From positions 4,612-68,611 of the forward strand of contig JBMOIP010000012.1 in NCBI GenBank assembly GCA_049317265.1: DNA of 64,000 nucleotides, given 5' to 3'. The DNA comes from Bacteroidales bacterium. Lineage in GTDB: Bacteria; Bacteroidota; Bacteroidia; Bacteroidales; FEN-979. The notes under the pieces were generated by a model. The model was given only the letters and a program-made list of their open reading frames with translations, was not told the origin of the DNA and did no database searches. The first letter of the stretch is position 1, and every line of letters begins with the position of its first letter. A program made the position numbers and the translations under genes. Shown here piece after piece: positions 41,545-53,876 of this stretch.

Positions 41545-42834
41545 CTAGCGCTGCAGGGTCTGCATCCTGTCGGGGCCGATGGATATCGTATCAACCGGTA
41601 ATCCAACTTCACGCTCAACGTACTGTACATATTCCGCCAGGGCTTGCGGCATGTCATCAACCACCTTGCAGGTGTCCAGATTTGTATTCCATCCGGCCAT
41701 TTTTTTATACACAGGCTCTATGGTCTCATCACACAGGTCAAACGGAAAACCATCTATTATTTTATTGTCCCTCTGGTAGTCAGTACAGATATTGATGGAA
41801 GGAAACGGATTTAACACATCCCCCTTCATCATGATCAAACTGTCAACGCCATTCAGCATGATGGAATATCTAAGTGCGGGGAGGTCAAGCCAGCCACAAC
41901 GGCGCGGACGCCCGGTGGTAGATCCGAACTCATTTCCGCCAACCCGCAATTTTTCCCCGTCTGCATCATGCAATTCCGTGGGGAAAGGGCCGCTGCCAAC
42001 ACGGGTACAATAGGCTTTAAAAATACCATAGATCTTTCCAACCCGGTGAGGAGAAATACCCAGACCCGAACAAACACCGGCAGTGATTGTATTGGAGGAG
42101 GTAACAAACGGATAGGAGCCAAAATCCACATCAAGCATGGTACCCTGGGCGCCTTCTGCAAGCACCTTTTTGCCCTCATCGAGGCATTTATTCAGGAATA
42201 CTTCACTGTCTATGATCTTCAGGGCCCGCAGCCTTTCAATTGAATCAAACCATTTCTGCTCATAAGCCGCGAAACCGAGGCCGTCTAAAAGGTGTGCTGC
42301 ATCATCGAAACCCAGGTGCCTGATCGTATCCAGGTGAACTGATTTAAGTTGTTCATACTGGGCATGGAAGTTATGGTCATTGATGTTACCGACTCGCAAT
42401 CCATTCCGTCCGTATTTATCCGTATAGGTCGGGCCAATTCCTTTTAAGGTTGATCCGATTTTTGCGTTTCCTTTGTCTGACTCAAGCGCGGCATCCATGA
42501 GCCTGTGGGATGGCAGGATCAGGTGCGCCCGCCGTGACACAAGAAGATTATCCTCGGGCGTCATTCCCGCTTCCCGGAGTTTGTCAATCTCTTTGAACAG
42601 GATAAACGGATCAATAATGACCCCATTTCCAATCACATTAAGGGTTTGCTTGTGAAATATCCCGGATGGGATCGTATGAAGGACAAACTTATTACCGCCG
42701 AAAATAATGGTATGGCCAGCGTTGGGACCTCCCTGAAAACGTGCAATTACATCATAATTCGGTGTAAATACATCCACGATCTTACCTTTTCCTTCATCCC
42801 CCCATTGGAGTCCGAGGATCACATCAACCTTCAT
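41545..42834 (-). CDS. purA: Adenylosuccinate synthetase
   Basis: QWGDEGKGK, GGPNAGHT, GSTTGRPRRCGWLD. Confidence 0.99.
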   Translation of the reverse strand: MKVDVILGLQWGDEGKGKIVDVFTPNYDVIARFQGGPNAGHTIIFGGNKFVLHTIPSGIFHKQTLNVIGNGVIIDPFILFKEIDKLREAGMTPEDNLLVSRRAHLILPSHRLMDAALESDKGNAKIGSTLKGIGPTYTDKYGRNGLRVGNINDHNFHAQYEQLKSVHLDTIRHLGFDDAAHLLDGLGFAAYEQKWFDSIERLRALKIIDSEVFLNKCLDEGKKVLAEGAQGTMLDVDFGSYPFVTSSNTITAGVCSGLGISPHRVGKIYGIFKAYCTRVGSGPFPTELHDADGEKLRVGGNEFGSTTGRPRRCGWLDLPALRYSIMLNGVDSLIMMKGDVLNPFPSINICTDYQRDNKIIDGFPFDLCDETIEPVYKKMAGWNTNLDTCKVVDDMPQALAEYVQYVEREVGLPVDTISIGPDRMQTLQR

Positions 42835-42843
42835 AACAGAATA

Positions 42844-43296
42844 TTACTTCTTTGATTTTGAATTACCGTAAAATGTAAGTGCGTAATGGGTTATGTTTAC
42901 ATTAAACATCCCTTCAACATGGGCTTTCATCTCTTCGATACGGGGGTCATAAAATTCAATGACATCGCCTGAGTCTTCAAAAATGAAATGATCATGTTGT
43001 CTCAGCAACGTTGATTTTTCAAACTGGGCATAGTTGGTTCCAAACTGATGCTTTGTGACAAGGCCACAATCAAGAAGTAACTCAATTGTATTGTAAAGTG
43101 TTGCCCTGCTTACCCGGTATTTGTGATTTTTCATCCGGATGTACAGGGTCTCTATATCGAAATGTCCGTCAGTAGCAAAAATTTCCTTTAAAATTGTGTA
43201 ACGCTCGGGGGTTTTACGGTGTCCATGCCGTTCAAGGTAGTCGGTGAATAGGTTCCGGGCAGTTTCGATAATATCTTCCATAGGTTTTTTGATCAT
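42844..43296 (-). CDS. fur: Fur family transcriptional repressor
   Basis: [24 protein letters not shown] motif. Confidence 0.9.
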   Translation of the reverse strand: MIKKPMEDIIETARNLFTDYLERHGHRKTPERYTILKEIFATDGHFDIETLYIRMKNHKYRVSRATLYNTIELLLDCGLVTKHQFGTNYAQFEKSTLLRQHDHFIFEDSGDVIEFYDPRIEEMKAHVEGMFNVNITHYALTFYGNSKSKK

Positions 43297-43369
43297 ATTG
43301 CAAAATTTGCCATAAAGGTAAACAATAATCAGTATTTAGAACGAATAAAAATAAATTTTTTTCGAAAAA

Positions 43370-45592
43370 TTAATTTATCCTGGTAACATGTGTAATACCT
43401 TCCACCAATTTCAGCTTGTTCAATGCATCGAAAAGGTTCGCTGTATTCTTGACATACAGTGCAATGGAGCCTTCGGTGAGCCCGTTAATTGCATCGATGT
43501 GAAATGATTTAATATTCAGGTTCAAATCATTGGATATAATTTGAGAGATCTCATTTGTAAGTCCCTGCCTGTCAATACCAATCACTTTAATTTCTGCCAG
43601 GAAAGAGATGGACTCATGATGAGCCCAGTTTACCCTGACCATCTTGTTGCCAAGAACGGTTATTTGTTCCTGTGCTTTTATACATTTAGTCCGGTGAATT
43701 TGCATCGGTTGGAAGTCAGAAACAACCAGGCCGATCACCTCATCACCCGGAATAGGATTACAACAGGGAGCAGCTACATAATCAATGGCCAGGGCTTTTA
43801 ACTTGATTTCCTGGTCAGGCATGCCAGATTTTATGCTTTCAGGTTCAACGCTCTCCTCGTCATCCCATCCGTTGCCCCTTGTGCCCCCCCGCGAGATGTA
43901 GCTTAACCAGCCATTGCGCACATTGGAAGCTGCAAAAAGCTTCACATCCTTCTCTCCTATCGTACCGTGAGAAACGGAATAATAGAGATCAACGATGCTG
44001 CTGAAGTTATTGGCCATCAGGAACTTCTTGATGTTGCCGTTGGAGAACTCAAGTCCATGGTGTTCAAACCAGTTCCCCAGATCCTCTTTTCCTGCCTTTG
44101 CATATTTTTTTTTCTCTGCCCTCACAGCCAGCTTAATACTTGATTTCGCCCTTGTGGTTACCACATAATTCAGCCACTCTTCCCTGGGCGCCTGCTTCAT
44201 CGAGGTAATTATCTCCACCTGCTGTCCGTTTGTCAGGACATGGGTGATGGGAACAAGCTTCTTATCAACTTTTGCCCCGATGCACGTATCGCCAAGTTCG
44301 CTGTGTATGGCATAGGCAAAATCGAGCACCGTGGAATTGGCAGGGAGGGAACGCAACTCGCCCTGGGGTGTAAAAACAGATATCTCGTCAAGAAAAAAGA
44401 ACCCTTTAACGTCATCAATAAACGACAATGCATCTGCATCCGGACTTTCGATCATCTCCTTGATCCGGTCAAGCCAGTTGTCGAGCCGGCTGTTGATGTG
44501 CATCGCCTCCTTGTACTTCCAGTGGGCAGCATAACCCTTCTCGGCAATGTCATCCATCCGTCGTGAGCGAATCTGGATCTCAACCCACTGGCCTGTATGG
44601 CTCATCACGGTGGTATGCAATGCCTCATAGCCGTTTGCCTTGGGGATCGATATCCAGTCACGCAACCTGTCCATATTCGGGCGATAAAAGTCCGTTATGG
44701 CTGAATAGACTTTCCAGCAATCCGATTTTTCAGTTTCAACAGGTGAGTCAATCACGATCCGGATGGCAAAAATATCATAGATCTCTTCAAATGGGACCTC
44801 CTTTTTCTGCATTTTCAGCCAGATTGCCGCTATAGATTTCTCCCGGTCATGGATTTCAAACACAAATCCCTTCTCCGCCAGCGCTTTTTTAATGGGGTAA
44901 ATGAACTTGTTGACGAAGCGTGACCGGCTTTTTGCAGATTCCTTCAGCTTGGTCGAGATTGTTTCAAAAACACCCGGTTCGGTATATTTAAGCGCAAGAT
45001 CTTCCAGTTCGCTTTTAATCGCATGCAAACCGAGGCGATGGGCCAGCGGTGCATAAAGGTAGATGGTTTCGGAAGCTATTTTCAGCTGCTTTTCATGCGA
45101 GAGCGCATCAAGCGTTCGCATATTGTGCAGTCTGTCGGCAAGTTTGATCAGGATGACCCTGACATCGTCGGAAAGCGTCAGAAGTATCTTCTTGAAATTC
45201 TCGGCAGGGATCGATGGCGTATGCTGGTTAAAGATCCCCTTGATCTTGGTAAGTCCGTCAATAATAGCTGCAACCTTGTCACCAAACAGGCCCCTGATAT
45301 CTTCAATGGTATACTCCGTGTCTTCAACCACATCGTGCAGCAAAGCACATATGATGGAAGTGGCACCCAGACCGATTTCACCGGCGGCAATCGTTGCAAC
45401 ACAAAGCGGGTGGTAAATGTAGGGTTCCCCGGTTTTCCTGCGCATATCCTTATGCGCTTCAAGGGCCATTTTAAAGGCCTTGTGGACAATCTTTTTATCA
45501 ACCGGATTTCTTGGTTTCCATAATCTCAGCAGGTTGCGGTAACGTTTGAGAATTTCACGTTTTTCAACTTCTGAATCCTGCTGATACTTCAT
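43370..45592 (-). CDS. relA: Bifunctional (p)ppGpp synthetase/hydrolase (Rel/SpoT)
   Basis: HD domain (LLHDVVED), ADRLHNMRT, synthetase DIFAIR/EIQIR, TGS and ACT domains. Start MKYQQ lies downstream of -7 element TATTTTTG at 45618-45625. Confidence 0.95.
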   Translation of the reverse strand: MKYQQDSEVEKREILKRYRNLLRLWKPRNPVDKKIVHKAFKMALEAHKDMRRKTGEPYIYHPLCVATIAAGEIGLGATSIICALLHDVVEDTEYTIEDIRGLFGDKVAAIIDGLTKIKGIFNQHTPSIPAENFKKILLTLSDDVRVILIKLADRLHNMRTLDALSHEKQLKIASETIYLYAPLAHRLGLHAIKSELEDLALKYTEPGVFETISTKLKESAKSRSRFVNKFIYPIKKALAEKGFVFEIHDREKSIAAIWLKMQKKEVPFEEIYDIFAIRIVIDSPVETEKSDCWKVYSAITDFYRPNMDRLRDWISIPKANGYEALHTTVMSHTGQWVEIQIRSRRMDDIAEKGYAAHWKYKEAMHINSRLDNWLDRIKEMIESPDADALSFIDDVKGFFFLDEISVFTPQGELRSLPANSTVLDFAYAIHSELGDTCIGAKVDKKLVPITHVLTNGQQVEIITSMKQAPREEWLNYVVTTRAKSSIKLAVRAEKKKYAKAGKEDLGNWFEHHGLEFSNGNIKKFLMANNFSSIVDLYYSVSHGTIGEKDVKLFAASNVRNGWLSYISRGGTRGNGWDDEESVEPESIKSGMPDQEIKLKALAIDYVAAPCCNPIPGDEVIGLVVSDFQPMQIHRTKCIKAQEQITVLGNKMVRVNWAHHESISFLAEIKVIGIDRQGLTNEISQIISNDLNLNIKSFHIDAINGLTEGSIALYVKNTANLFDALNKLKLVEGITHVTRIN

Positions 45593-45717
45593 TTGTGACC
45601 ATTTTCTTAATACCATGCAAAAATAGTTAAAATTTAGAATGAATTGAGATAATGTGCCCTTATCGGGGGGAGAAAATTATTACTTTTGACGATATATTCT
45701 GAAGCTACTTTCCCGAG

Positions 45718-48330
45718 ATGTTCAACCGACTGATAAAGCGTCTGCTGCTGGCTGTCCTGGTATTTTGCCTTGCCTTGCCTTCCATGGTTTTTGCCACCCA
45801 TCAGCGGGCTGCGGAGATAACCTTCAGGTATATCAAGGATTTAACCTACGAGATCACCCTGATCTCCTATACCTTTACACCTAGTCCTGCCAACGCATAC
45901 CGCGAATACCTTACTGTCAATTGGGGTGACGGAACAGCAACCGAAATCAAACGGGATACCATCAAATACCTGCCGGATGATATCACTTACAATCGTTATA
46001 GCGGACGTCATGATTTTCCTGCGTCGGCCACCTACACCATCTCCTGTGAGGACCCAAACCGCAATGGGGGGATTATCAACATCCCCAACTCCATAAACAC
46101 CCCGTTGTATATCTATTCCGAACTTACCATCAGCCCTTTTCTTGGGGGACAGGACAACTCCCCTGTCCTGCTGATGCCACCCATTGATAATGGTTGTGTT
46201 GACCAGGTTTTTTATCATAATCCCGGCGCCTATGACGTGGATGGCGACAGCCTCTCCTTTAAACTGGTTCCCTGCAGGGGCGCACTCGGGCAGGTCATCC
46301 CCGGATACACCTACCCGAAAGCATCCAACAGTTTGACATTGAATCCTGTAACCGGGGATTTGATCTGGGACAGCCCCCAGCAGCAGGGAGAATATAACAT
46401 CGCCATCCTTGTCGAAGAGTGGCGTAACGGGTACAAAATAGGTTCAGTCCTCCGCGACATGCAGATCATTGTGCTGGCATGCAACAATAAACCACCGGTA
46501 ATCGACTCCGTATATGACACCTGCGTTGAAGCTGGTAAAATTCTGAGATTTCCTGTTTCGGCTCATGACACCATCATTGACAAAATCACCCTGACTGGTA
46601 CAGGAGGGCCTTTGATCCTGAAAGAGAGCCCGGCAACGCTGGAACCGAATCCTGCTGTAGGGTATGGCTATGTGCAATCTGTTTTTCGCTGGAATACGGT
46701 GTGCAACCATGTGCAGAACCGCAACTACCAGGTTTTCTTCAAAGCAAAGGACAACTCAGTACCGGTGAGCCTAGTAGCCATCAAGTCTATTAATATCAAG
46801 GTGATAGGCCCGGCGCCTAAAAACCTGGCAACAAACCCAATGGGAAATACAGTCACCCTGAGCTGGGACAGCTACACCTGTCCCAATGCAAAAGGATACT
46901 ACATCTATCGCAAAGCCGACTCTACCGGTTACATTCCCGACTACTGCGAAACAGGGGTGCCTGCCTACCTCGGATACACTAAAATAGCCGTGGTGACTGA
47001 CATCAGCAGTGTTACTTTCCTGGATGACAATCATGGGGCCGGGCTTATGCGCGGACTGAAGTACTGCTACCTTGTGGTGGCCTATTATCCCGACAAGGCT
47101 GAAAGCTATGCTTCCAATGAAGCGTGTGCCTCCCTGAAGAAGGACCTTGCGGTGATAACCAATGCAAGCGTCCTCACCACAAACGGGGAGAGCGGGAAAG
47201 TTTATATAGCCTGGTCCAAGCCTACAGAGCTAGATACCATTCAGATACCGGGACCTTACAAATATCTCATCTCCCGTTCAAGGTCCGATCTTCCGGGACA
47301 GTTTGCACTTATTGACTCCATTACCAGCCTTGACGATACCACACTGACTGACAACCAGCTGAACACCACACTGTTTCACTACTCCTACCGGATCGATCTT
47401 TACAATGTAACACCCGGGAACCGGTTCCTGGTAGGCTCATCCCAGGCAGCAACAACCATGTTTCTTAATGCGGAACCTACCGACAGAATGATTAAGCTAA
47501 GCTGGAACAATGAAGTTCCCTGGATCAACCATGAATTTACAATTTACCGCAAAGATCCGGGAGGAGCCGGTTTTGACTCTGTGGGCTTCAGCACACTTCC
47601 CAGGTTTAATGACCAGGGGCTCATCAACGGATTGAACTATTGCTATAAAATTAAAAGCATCGGAAACTATTCTGCCCCGGGGTTTGTTGATCCCATCATT
47701 AATTTCTCACAAGAGACCTGCGCCACCCCCATCGACAATGTCCCCCCCTGTCCTCCGCTTCTGACCATCAATACCTTATGTGAAACATCCATGAATGTAT
47801 TGTCGTGGGCTAGACCGGGTGATACTTGTTCCGGCGACATTGCCAGGTATTACATTTACTTTAGTCCCAACCATCGACAGCCTGTTCTCATTGATTCTGT
47901 GAACGATCCTCACGACACCACATTCATACACATGCCGCCCGGATCCATAGCCGGCTGCTATGGTGTTTCAGCCATCGATTCTGTCGGAAACCTCAGTGAC
48001 ACCAGCAACATTATCTGTGTCGATATAACTTCTTGCCCCCAGTATACCCTGCCGAACATCTTCACGCCCAATGGCGACGGAACTAATGATTTTTTCATAC
48101 CCTTTCCGCTCTATACCTCCATCAGCGAAGTTCAGCTGAAAATGTATGACCGGTGGGGCAAACTTGTTTTTGAATCAAATAACCCTGGAATACAGTGGGA
48201 TGGCAAAGACAAAACAACAAACCAGCCATGCAGCGACGGGACATATTTCTACATCTGTGATGTTTATGAAATCACCCTCAATGGCATTGTCAAGCGAAAT
48301 CTTCATGGCACAGTGACAATCCTGCGGTAG
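45718..48330 (+). CDS. T9SS type B sorting domain (gliding-motility CTD) protein with FN3-like repeats
   Basis: Signal peptide, [12 protein letters not shown]-terminus, C-terminal [13 protein letters not shown]...DRWG...WDG...DGTYFY. Confidence 0.88.
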   Translation: MFNRLIKRLLLAVLVFCLALPSMVFATHQRAAEITFRYIKDLTYEITLISYTFTPSPANAYREYLTVNWGDGTATEIKRDTIKYLPDDITYNRYSGRHDFPASATYTISCEDPNRNGGIINIPNSINTPLYIYSELTISPFLGGQDNSPVLLMPPIDNGCVDQVFYHNPGAYDVDGDSLSFKLVPCRGALGQVIPGYTYPKASNSLTLNPVTGDLIWDSPQQQGEYNIAILVEEWRNGYKIGSVLRDMQIIVLACNNKPPVIDSVYDTCVEAGKILRFPVSAHDTIIDKITLTGTGGPLILKESPATLEPNPAVGYGYVQSVFRWNTVCNHVQNRNYQVFFKAKDNSVPVSLVAIKSINIKVIGPAPKNLATNPMGNTVTLSWDSYTCPNAKGYYIYRKADSTGYIPDYCETGVPAYLGYTKIAVVTDISSVTFLDDNHGAGLMRGLKYCYLVVAYYPDKAESYASNEACASLKKDLAVITNASVLTTNGESGKVYIAWSKPTELDTIQIPGPYKYLISRSRSDLPGQFALIDSITSLDDTTLTDNQLNTTLFHYSYRIDLYNVTPGNRFLVGSSQAATTMFLNAEPTDRMIKLSWNNEVPWINHEFTIYRKDPGGAGFDSVGFSTLPRFNDQGLINGLNYCYKIKSIGNYSAPGFVDPIINFSQETCATPIDNVPPCPPLLTINTLCETSMNVLSWARPGDTCSGDIARYYIYFSPNHRQPVLIDSVNDPHDTTFIHMPPGSIAGCYGVSAIDSVGNLSDTSNIICVDITSCPQYTLPNIFTPNGDGTNDFFIPFPLYTSISEVQLKMYDRWGKLVFESNNPGIQWDGKDKTTNQPCSDGTYFYICDVYEITLNGIVKRNLHGTVTILR

Positions 48331-48349
48331 ATTTCATATCTTTGCACCC

Positions 48350-50140
48350 GTGAAAAATCTCCGTAATTTTTGTATAATTGCCCATATCGACCATGGCAAA
48401 TCAACATTGGCCGATCGTCTGTTGCAATGGACAGATACTGTCTCTGAAAGGGATTCCAGGGAACAGGTTCTTGATGATATGGACCTGGAACGTGAACGGG
48501 GCATTACCATCAAGAGCCACGCCATCCAGATGAACTTCCCTCACAACGGGGAAGAGTATGTGTTAAACCTTATCGACACCCCGGGCCACGTGGATTTCTC
48601 TTATGAAGTATCCCGGGCCATTGCTGCATGTGAAGGAGCCCTGCTGGTGGTAGATGCCACCCAGGGGATCCAGGCACAGACAATATCCAATCTTTATCTT
48701 GCCATTGACCACAATCTCACCATCATTCCTGTACTGAATAAAATCGACATGGATGCGGCCATGATTGAAGAGGTCAAGGACCAGATTGTCGACCTGCTGG
48801 GATGCGACCACGATGAGATCCTGGCAGTAAGTGCAAAAACAGGTATTGGCATCGACCAGGTGCTGGATGCCATTATTACCAGGATACCCTGCCCGAAAGG
48901 CGATCCTGAAGCACCCCTGCAGGCGTTGATTTTCGACTCGCTCTTCAATCCATTCAGGGGAGTTGTGGCCTATTTCAGGATTTTTAACGGATCCATCAAA
49001 AAAGGCGACCATGTGAAGTTTGTGGCCACCGGGATGGACTATCACGCAGATGAAGTCGGGATCCTTCGCATGAAACAGGAGATCAGAAATACGGTTTATG
49101 CCGGTGATGTGGGATACATCATCTCCGGAATTAAAAACAGCAAGGAGGTCCAGGTTGGTGATACCATCACCCATGTTAACCGGCCCTGCACTGAAATCAT
49201 TGAAGGCTTTATTGGGGTAAAACCGATGGTATTTGCCGGGATTTACCCCACAGATGCCGATGATTATGAAGTATTGCGTGATTCGCTGGAAAAACTCCGG
49301 CTGAATGATGCCGCCCTCTCCTTTGAACCTGAAGCTTCTGCGGCGCTTGGTTTTGGATTCCGCTGCGGATTCCTTGGATTGCTTCATATGGAGATCGTCC
49401 AGGAACGCCTCGACCGGGAATTCGACATGGATGTGATTACTACGGTTCCCAACGTCTCCTATAAGGTTTATACCACAAAGGGTGAGATGCTCGATGTTTA
49501 CAATCCGTCCGGATTGCCTGAACCCAACTACATCAATAAAATCGAGGAGCCGACCATTACCGCCAACATCATAACCAAGTCTGAATACATCGGCGCCATC
49601 ATGACCCTGTGCGTGGGTAAACGGGGAATCCTGAAAAATCAGGTTTACCTCACCACCGACCGCATTGAACTTACTGTTGAGTTACCTCTTGGAGAGATCG
49701 TGTTTGACTTCTACGACCGGCTGAAAAGTATCTCGAAAGGCTATGCCTCCTTCGATTATCATCCTTCGGGATGGCAAACCGCCGACCTGATCAAACTCGA
49801 CATCCTGCTCAACGGCGAAATCGTGGATGCGCTCTCAGCCCTGATCACCCGGAATAATGCCTACGATTTTGGACGCCGGTTCTGTGAAAAACTGAAGGAG
49901 TTCATCCCCCGTCAACAGTATGATGTTGCTATCCAGGCCGCAATCGGCGCAAAAGTGATCTCACGCGAAACTGTGAAAGCCCTCAGAAAGGATGTAACAG
50001 CCAAGTGCTATGGCGGCGACATCACCCGTAAGCGCAAACTCCTGGAGAAACAAAAGAAAGGGAAAAAGCGGATGCGCCAGATCGGAAATGTTGAAGTTCC
50101 TCAGAAAGCCTTCCTGGCCGTGCTCAAACTCGATTCCTGA
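48350..50140 (+). CDS. lepA: Translation elongation factor 4
   Basis: [47 protein letters not shown]; GTG start. Confidence 0.99.
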   Translation: MKNLRNFCIIAHIDHGKSTLADRLLQWTDTVSERDSREQVLDDMDLERERGITIKSHAIQMNFPHNGEEYVLNLIDTPGHVDFSYEVSRAIAACEGALLVVDATQGIQAQTISNLYLAIDHNLTIIPVLNKIDMDAAMIEEVKDQIVDLLGCDHDEILAVSAKTGIGIDQVLDAIITRIPCPKGDPEAPLQALIFDSLFNPFRGVVAYFRIFNGSIKKGDHVKFVATGMDYHADEVGILRMKQEIRNTVYAGDVGYIISGIKNSKEVQVGDTITHVNRPCTEIIEGFIGVKPMVFAGIYPTDADDYEVLRDSLEKLRLNDAALSFEPEASAALGFGFRCGFLGLLHMEIVQERLDREFDMDVITTVPNVSYKVYTTKGEMLDVYNPSGLPEPNYINKIEEPTITANIITKSEYIGAIMTLCVGKRGILKNQVYLTTDRIELTVELPLGEIVFDFYDRLKSISKGYASFDYHPSGWQTADLIKLDILLNGEIVDALSALITRNNAYDFGRRFCEKLKEFIPRQQYDVAIQAAIGAKVISRETVKALRKDVTAKCYGGDITRKRKLLEKQKKGKKRMRQIGNVEVPQKAFLAVLKLDS

Positions 50141-50156
50141 TTTATTATTCCAGCCC

Positions 50157-50182
50157 TGTAACATTTCGGGATTCGTTGCGTC
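50157..50182 (+). promoter_or_regulatory. Putative ECF sigma-factor promoter
   Basis: TGTAAC-N16-CGTC upstream of the beta-barrel gene; no TAnnTTTG element seen in this gap. Confidence 0.5.
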
Positions 50183-50218
50183 CTGTGTCCAGTAATGTCT
50201 AACCAAATCAATATCTAT

Positions 50219-51118
50219 ATGAAATCCATCATTAGAATATCTCTTATTTTTACTATCATAGCTTTTATAGCAGTCAATGCAACTGCGCAAACCGAGAAAA
50301 AACACCACGGGTTTAAACATGGTAAACACATGAGTGACAGCACCATGATGAAGGATTTTACCTGTGCCATCGAGAACTTCAACATGAGTGAATTTCCCTT
50401 TTGCAAAAATAACAGGAAATACAATGGTCATTGGGCAGGTGTTGACCTTGGAATCAGTGGTTATGTTACACCTGATTTCAACATGACCTTTACCCCTGCA
50501 AATCCTTACATGAACATGAACACAGCCAGGTCACTTACGGTGAACCTTAACCCTTTCGAACTGAATGTCAACCTCTATAAAAGTAAATTTGGGTTCACTT
50601 CAGGACTTGGTTTCCAGATCAGCAACTACTATTTTACCGAAAATTATGTGATGCTGCAGGACTCATCCGCACTGGTTGCCTACAAAGTCCAGGATCAGCA
50701 GGGGAATGCAGTTACAATGAAAGTGAACAAGCTGGTGGTTTCATACCTCACGCTGCCTCTCTTCTTTGAATACCAAACCAACCCATACCGCAGAATCAGC
50801 AGTTTCCATGCATCCATTGGCGTGATTGGCGGCTTACGGATCGGTTCATATACCAAGCAGACCTACGACAATAAAGGAGGCTCGTACAACCTGGTGGATG
50901 AACAAGGGAATAAAGTCGCAACTTTTGATGTGGAACATCATTCTGTAAATGACCGTGGCGCCTACCATCTGAGCCCGTTCAAACTGGATGCGTCTGTTCG
51001 GATCGGCTGGTCGCACATCAACTTGTTCGGCACCTATTCGCTGACAAAAATGTTTCAGAAAAACCAGGGACCGGAACTCTATCCATTCACGGTCGGCCTT
51101 ACGCTGTTAGGCTGGTAA
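50219..51118 (+). CDS. Outer membrane beta-barrel protein (PorT-like)
   Basis: Signal peptide, GHWAGVDLG, KLVVSYLTLPL, RIGW...FGTY, terminal aromatic residue. Start could be 50195. Confidence 0.75.
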   Translation: MKSIIRISLIFTIIAFIAVNATAQTEKKHHGFKHGKHMSDSTMMKDFTCAIENFNMSEFPFCKNNRKYNGHWAGVDLGISGYVTPDFNMTFTPANPYMNMNTARSLTVNLNPFELNVNLYKSKFGFTSGLGFQISNYYFTENYVMLQDSSALVAYKVQDQQGNAVTMKVNKLVVSYLTLPLFFEYQTNPYRRISSFHASIGVIGGLRIGSYTKQTYDNKGGSYNLVDEQGNKVATFDVEHHSVNDRGAYHLSPFKLDASVRIGWSHINLFGTYSLTKMFQKNQGPELYPFTVGLTLLGW

Positions 51119-51142
51119 CACTGATTTTCAAACGTCAGATTT

Positions 51143-51185
51143 CAAATGGCGTATGACCCTTGATACAATGGTCATACGCCATTTG
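51143..51185. terminator. Bidirectional terminator between convergent genes
   Basis: Perfect 16-bp inverted repeat CAAATGGCGTATGACC / GGTCATACGCCATTTG. Confidence 0.8.
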
Positions 51186-52616
51186 TCATTTAAAAAAGCG
51201 CTCTTCAAAATTGATCAGGTATAATTTTCTGGTCGCCCTGGTAACGGCGGTATAAAGCCATCTTTCAAATTCTGTGTTGAGCATCTTATCGTTGAGGTAT
51301 CCCTGGTCAATGAAAACTGTATCCCATTGGCCGCCTTGTGTCTTATGGCAGGTTAACGCATAGGCGAATTTTACCTGGAGTGCATTAAAATAAGGACTTG
51401 CCTTGACTTTTTCCATGCGTTCTCTGCGGTTCGGAACATCCTGGAAATCTGCCAGAACTGCCTGGAATAACCGATTATTGTCCTGTTGAGGCAGGGCTGC
51501 CGATTCCGACATGAGGGTATCCAGGATAATTTTAACATCCAGGTCCTTTTCGTCGGGATAATCAAGAAACCTGATCGTTACATCGGCAAACCTGAAACCG
51601 TACAACTCCTCAATGGTGCGGATCCTTATGAGTTCGACAATATCGCCGTTTGCAATAAATCCGGCAGTAGACTCTACGGGGAGCCAGTGATAATTATTTT
51701 TAACAACCATGAGGTAGTCCCCTGTCGATATCTCCTCTTCCATGAACAGAATCCTGTTACGGATCTCCCGGTTATAGATATTGGCCCGCTTATTCGACCT
51801 GCATATAACCACATTATTCTCTCTCCGGGATCCTGAATAGGCATGGTTTAACGCCTCTTCAAGAGACTGGCCATTTAACCTGGTGATATCTTTATACCCA
51901 TCGAGGGAGAAGACCGGAAACTCAAATTTCTGCACCTGGAGTTGCTGCCTGACCAGCGTTGCATTGACCAGGATACCCGATTCCCGGGCCTGCCTGACCA
52001 CCTCGGTCAGCTCAAAGTTATCAATACTGAGATGAAAGGCGCGCTTAAGAAATTCCTGGTCCAATGCCGGGCTGTGATCAAGCCCAACAGGAGGCAGCTG
52101 GGCTCCGTCGCCAATGAACAGCATGCGGCAGTTTTCACCGCTGTAAACAAACTGGAAAAGATCATCAAGGAGATTCCGCGAGGAGAACAGAGCTCCGTCA
52201 GCCGACATGGTGTGCTGTATCATGGAGGCTTCATCAACAATAAAGAGCGTATGCTTGTGGTAATTGACCTGGAGCTTAAGGTCAATCAGGCCATCCTTGT
52301 TGGTCCTGGCAAAATAGATTTTGCGATGAATGGTATTGGCCTCTTTTTTCGTGTAACTGGTCAGCACTTTTGCTGCACGGCCCGTCGGGGCGAGCAATGA
52401 AGTTTTCTTCCCTAATTGCGGCAGGGCATTCACCAGGGCTTTTACCACCGTGGTTTTTCCTGTTCCGGCATAACCTCTCAGGATGAACAGGGCATTTGGC
52501 TGATTCCAGGAGTGTGTCAGGAATTTAGCAAGTTCCACCAACAACTTGTCCTGACCCTCAGTAGGCTCATACGGGAACTCCTTACGCAGCATGGCGGTGA
52601 CCCCGGAAACATCCAT
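51186..52616 (-). CDS. RecD2-like SF1B ATP-dependent DNA helicase
   Basis: GYAGTGKT, APTGRAAK, VDEASM, GDxxQLPPV, YALTCHKTQG, YTAVTRA. Confidence 0.92.
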   Translation of the reverse strand: MDVSGVTAMLRKEFPYEPTEGQDKLLVELAKFLTHSWNQPNALFILRGYAGTGKTTVVKALVNALPQLGKKTSLLAPTGRAAKVLTSYTKKEANTIHRKIYFARTNKDGLIDLKLQVNYHKHTLFIVDEASMIQHTMSADGALFSSRNLLDDLFQFVYSGENCRMLFIGDGAQLPPVGLDHSPALDQEFLKRAFHLSIDNFELTEVVRQARESGILVNATLVRQQLQVQKFEFPVFSLDGYKDITRLNGQSLEEALNHAYSGSRRENNVVICRSNKRANIYNREIRNRILFMEEEISTGDYLMVVKNNYHWLPVESTAGFIANGDIVELIRIRTIEELYGFRFADVTIRFLDYPDEKDLDVKIILDTLMSESAALPQQDNNRLFQAVLADFQDVPNRRERMEKVKASPYFNALQVKFAYALTCHKTQGGQWDTVFIDQGYLNDKMLNTEFERWLYTAVTRATRKLYLINFEERFFK

Positions 52617-52623
52617 AAGGTAA

Positions 52624-53868
52624 CTATTCGTAGCGAAGTGATTCGATCGGGTCGAGGTTGGCAGCTTTCCGGGCAGGGATGATCCCGCTGATAAGGGCTA
52701 CGGCAAAGCAAAGCACCACCCCGGTAATAATCCATATCCATGGAACAATGAACGCGCTTCCGATGACAAGTGACATCACATTTCCAACCAGAATGCCCAG
52801 AAGGATACCCAGCATGCCACCCAGCTGTCCGATCACGATCGATTCGACCAGGAACTGGTTCCTGATCACACGTTTCGTGGCTCCGATGGCCTTTCGGATG
52901 CCTATCTCCCGGGTGCGCTCGGTAACGGAAACCAGCATGATGTTCATCAGCCCGATGGCTGCCCCAAGCAGTGTGATAGCTCCAATGATGGTTGCTGCCC
53001 AGGTAACATACTTGATATTTTCGATCAACATTTTGGCAATGTTGTCACTCTTGGTGATCTCAAAGGTGTCTTCAACACCAACCGGCACTTTCCTGATGTT
53101 CCGCAGGATGGCCGTAGCCTCCCCGGTGGCAGCATCCACCAACTCCGGCCGTTTGGCCATCACATTGATATTAAACGACATACTTGGGCGTGGGAAGTTG
53201 GTCCGCACATTTGTCACCGGGATAAAACAAGTACGGTCACCGCTGAACCCCATGCTGGAACCTTTTGATTTCAGCACGCCGATAATTTTAAATTTCCCCG
53301 GTCCAATCGAGATGATCTTCCCCAATGGATCCTCTTTGTTTTTAAACAGGTCGCTCACCAGGGAGGCGCCCAGGATGACCGAACTAAATCCGTAATAGAC
53401 CTCATTGGGAGTAAAGTTCCTGCCGAATTCAACCTCATCACCCGAGGTAATCAGGTAGTTTTCATCAGCACCAATAACTCCTACATTCGGGTTGGTTTTA
53501 TTGACGCCATATTTCACCGTGGCAATTCCTGTAGCACGGGTAAACACCGAGGTGAATGCCGGAAAATCGAACCGGTCCTTGAACTCCTGGGCCTGGTTGA
53601 ACGTGATGGGTTCGTAACGTTTTTCCTTCTGGTTGCTCCCTCCCATATGGATGTTCATCGAACGGTTCCGGATGGTGAGGGTGTTGGAACCCATCATGGA
53701 AAAATTCTGGGTCAGGTAATATTTAATGGAGTCGGTAGCAGTAAGGATTCCCACCAGCGCCATAATTCCGAACGAAATGATCAGGATGGTCAGAACAGTG
53801 CGCAACAGATGGCTTCGGATGGAAACCAGGGAAATATTGATATTCTCAAGAACCAGTGTGTTTTTCAT
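52624..53868 (-). CDS. MacB/FtsX-family ABC transporter permease
   Basis: MacB-type periplasmic domain; [23 protein letters not shown]; [17 protein letters not shown]. Confidence 0.93.
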   Translation of the reverse strand: MKNTLVLENINISLVSIRSHLLRTVLTILIISFGIMALVGILTATDSIKYYLTQNFSMMGSNTLTIRNRSMNIHMGGSNQKEKRYEPITFNQAQEFKDRFDFPAFTSVFTRATGIATVKYGVNKTNPNVGVIGADENYLITSGDEVEFGRNFTPNEVYYGFSSVILGASLVSDLFKNKEDPLGKIISIGPGKFKIIGVLKSKGSSMGFSGDRTCFIPVTNVRTNFPRPSMSFNINVMAKRPELVDAATGEATAILRNIRKVPVGVEDTFEITKSDNIAKMLIENIKYVTWAATIIGAITLLGAAIGLMNIMLVSVTERTREIGIRKAIGATKRVIRNQFLVESIVIGQLGGMLGILLGILVGNVMSLVIGSAFIVPWIWIITGVVLCFAVALISGIIPARKAANLDPIESLRYE

Positions 53869-53876
53869 AAAGTTGA

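Noticed and set aside
42844-43296. Fur lacking CxxC motifs
   Set aside because: Cys-free Fur variants are known; not unusual.
48563-49387. 274-aa ORF antisense to lepA
   Set aside because: Shadow of a conserved gene; no recognisable motifs.
52658-53395. 245-aa ORF antisense to the ABC permease
   Set aside because: Antisense shadow typical of hydrophobic genes; no independent signals.
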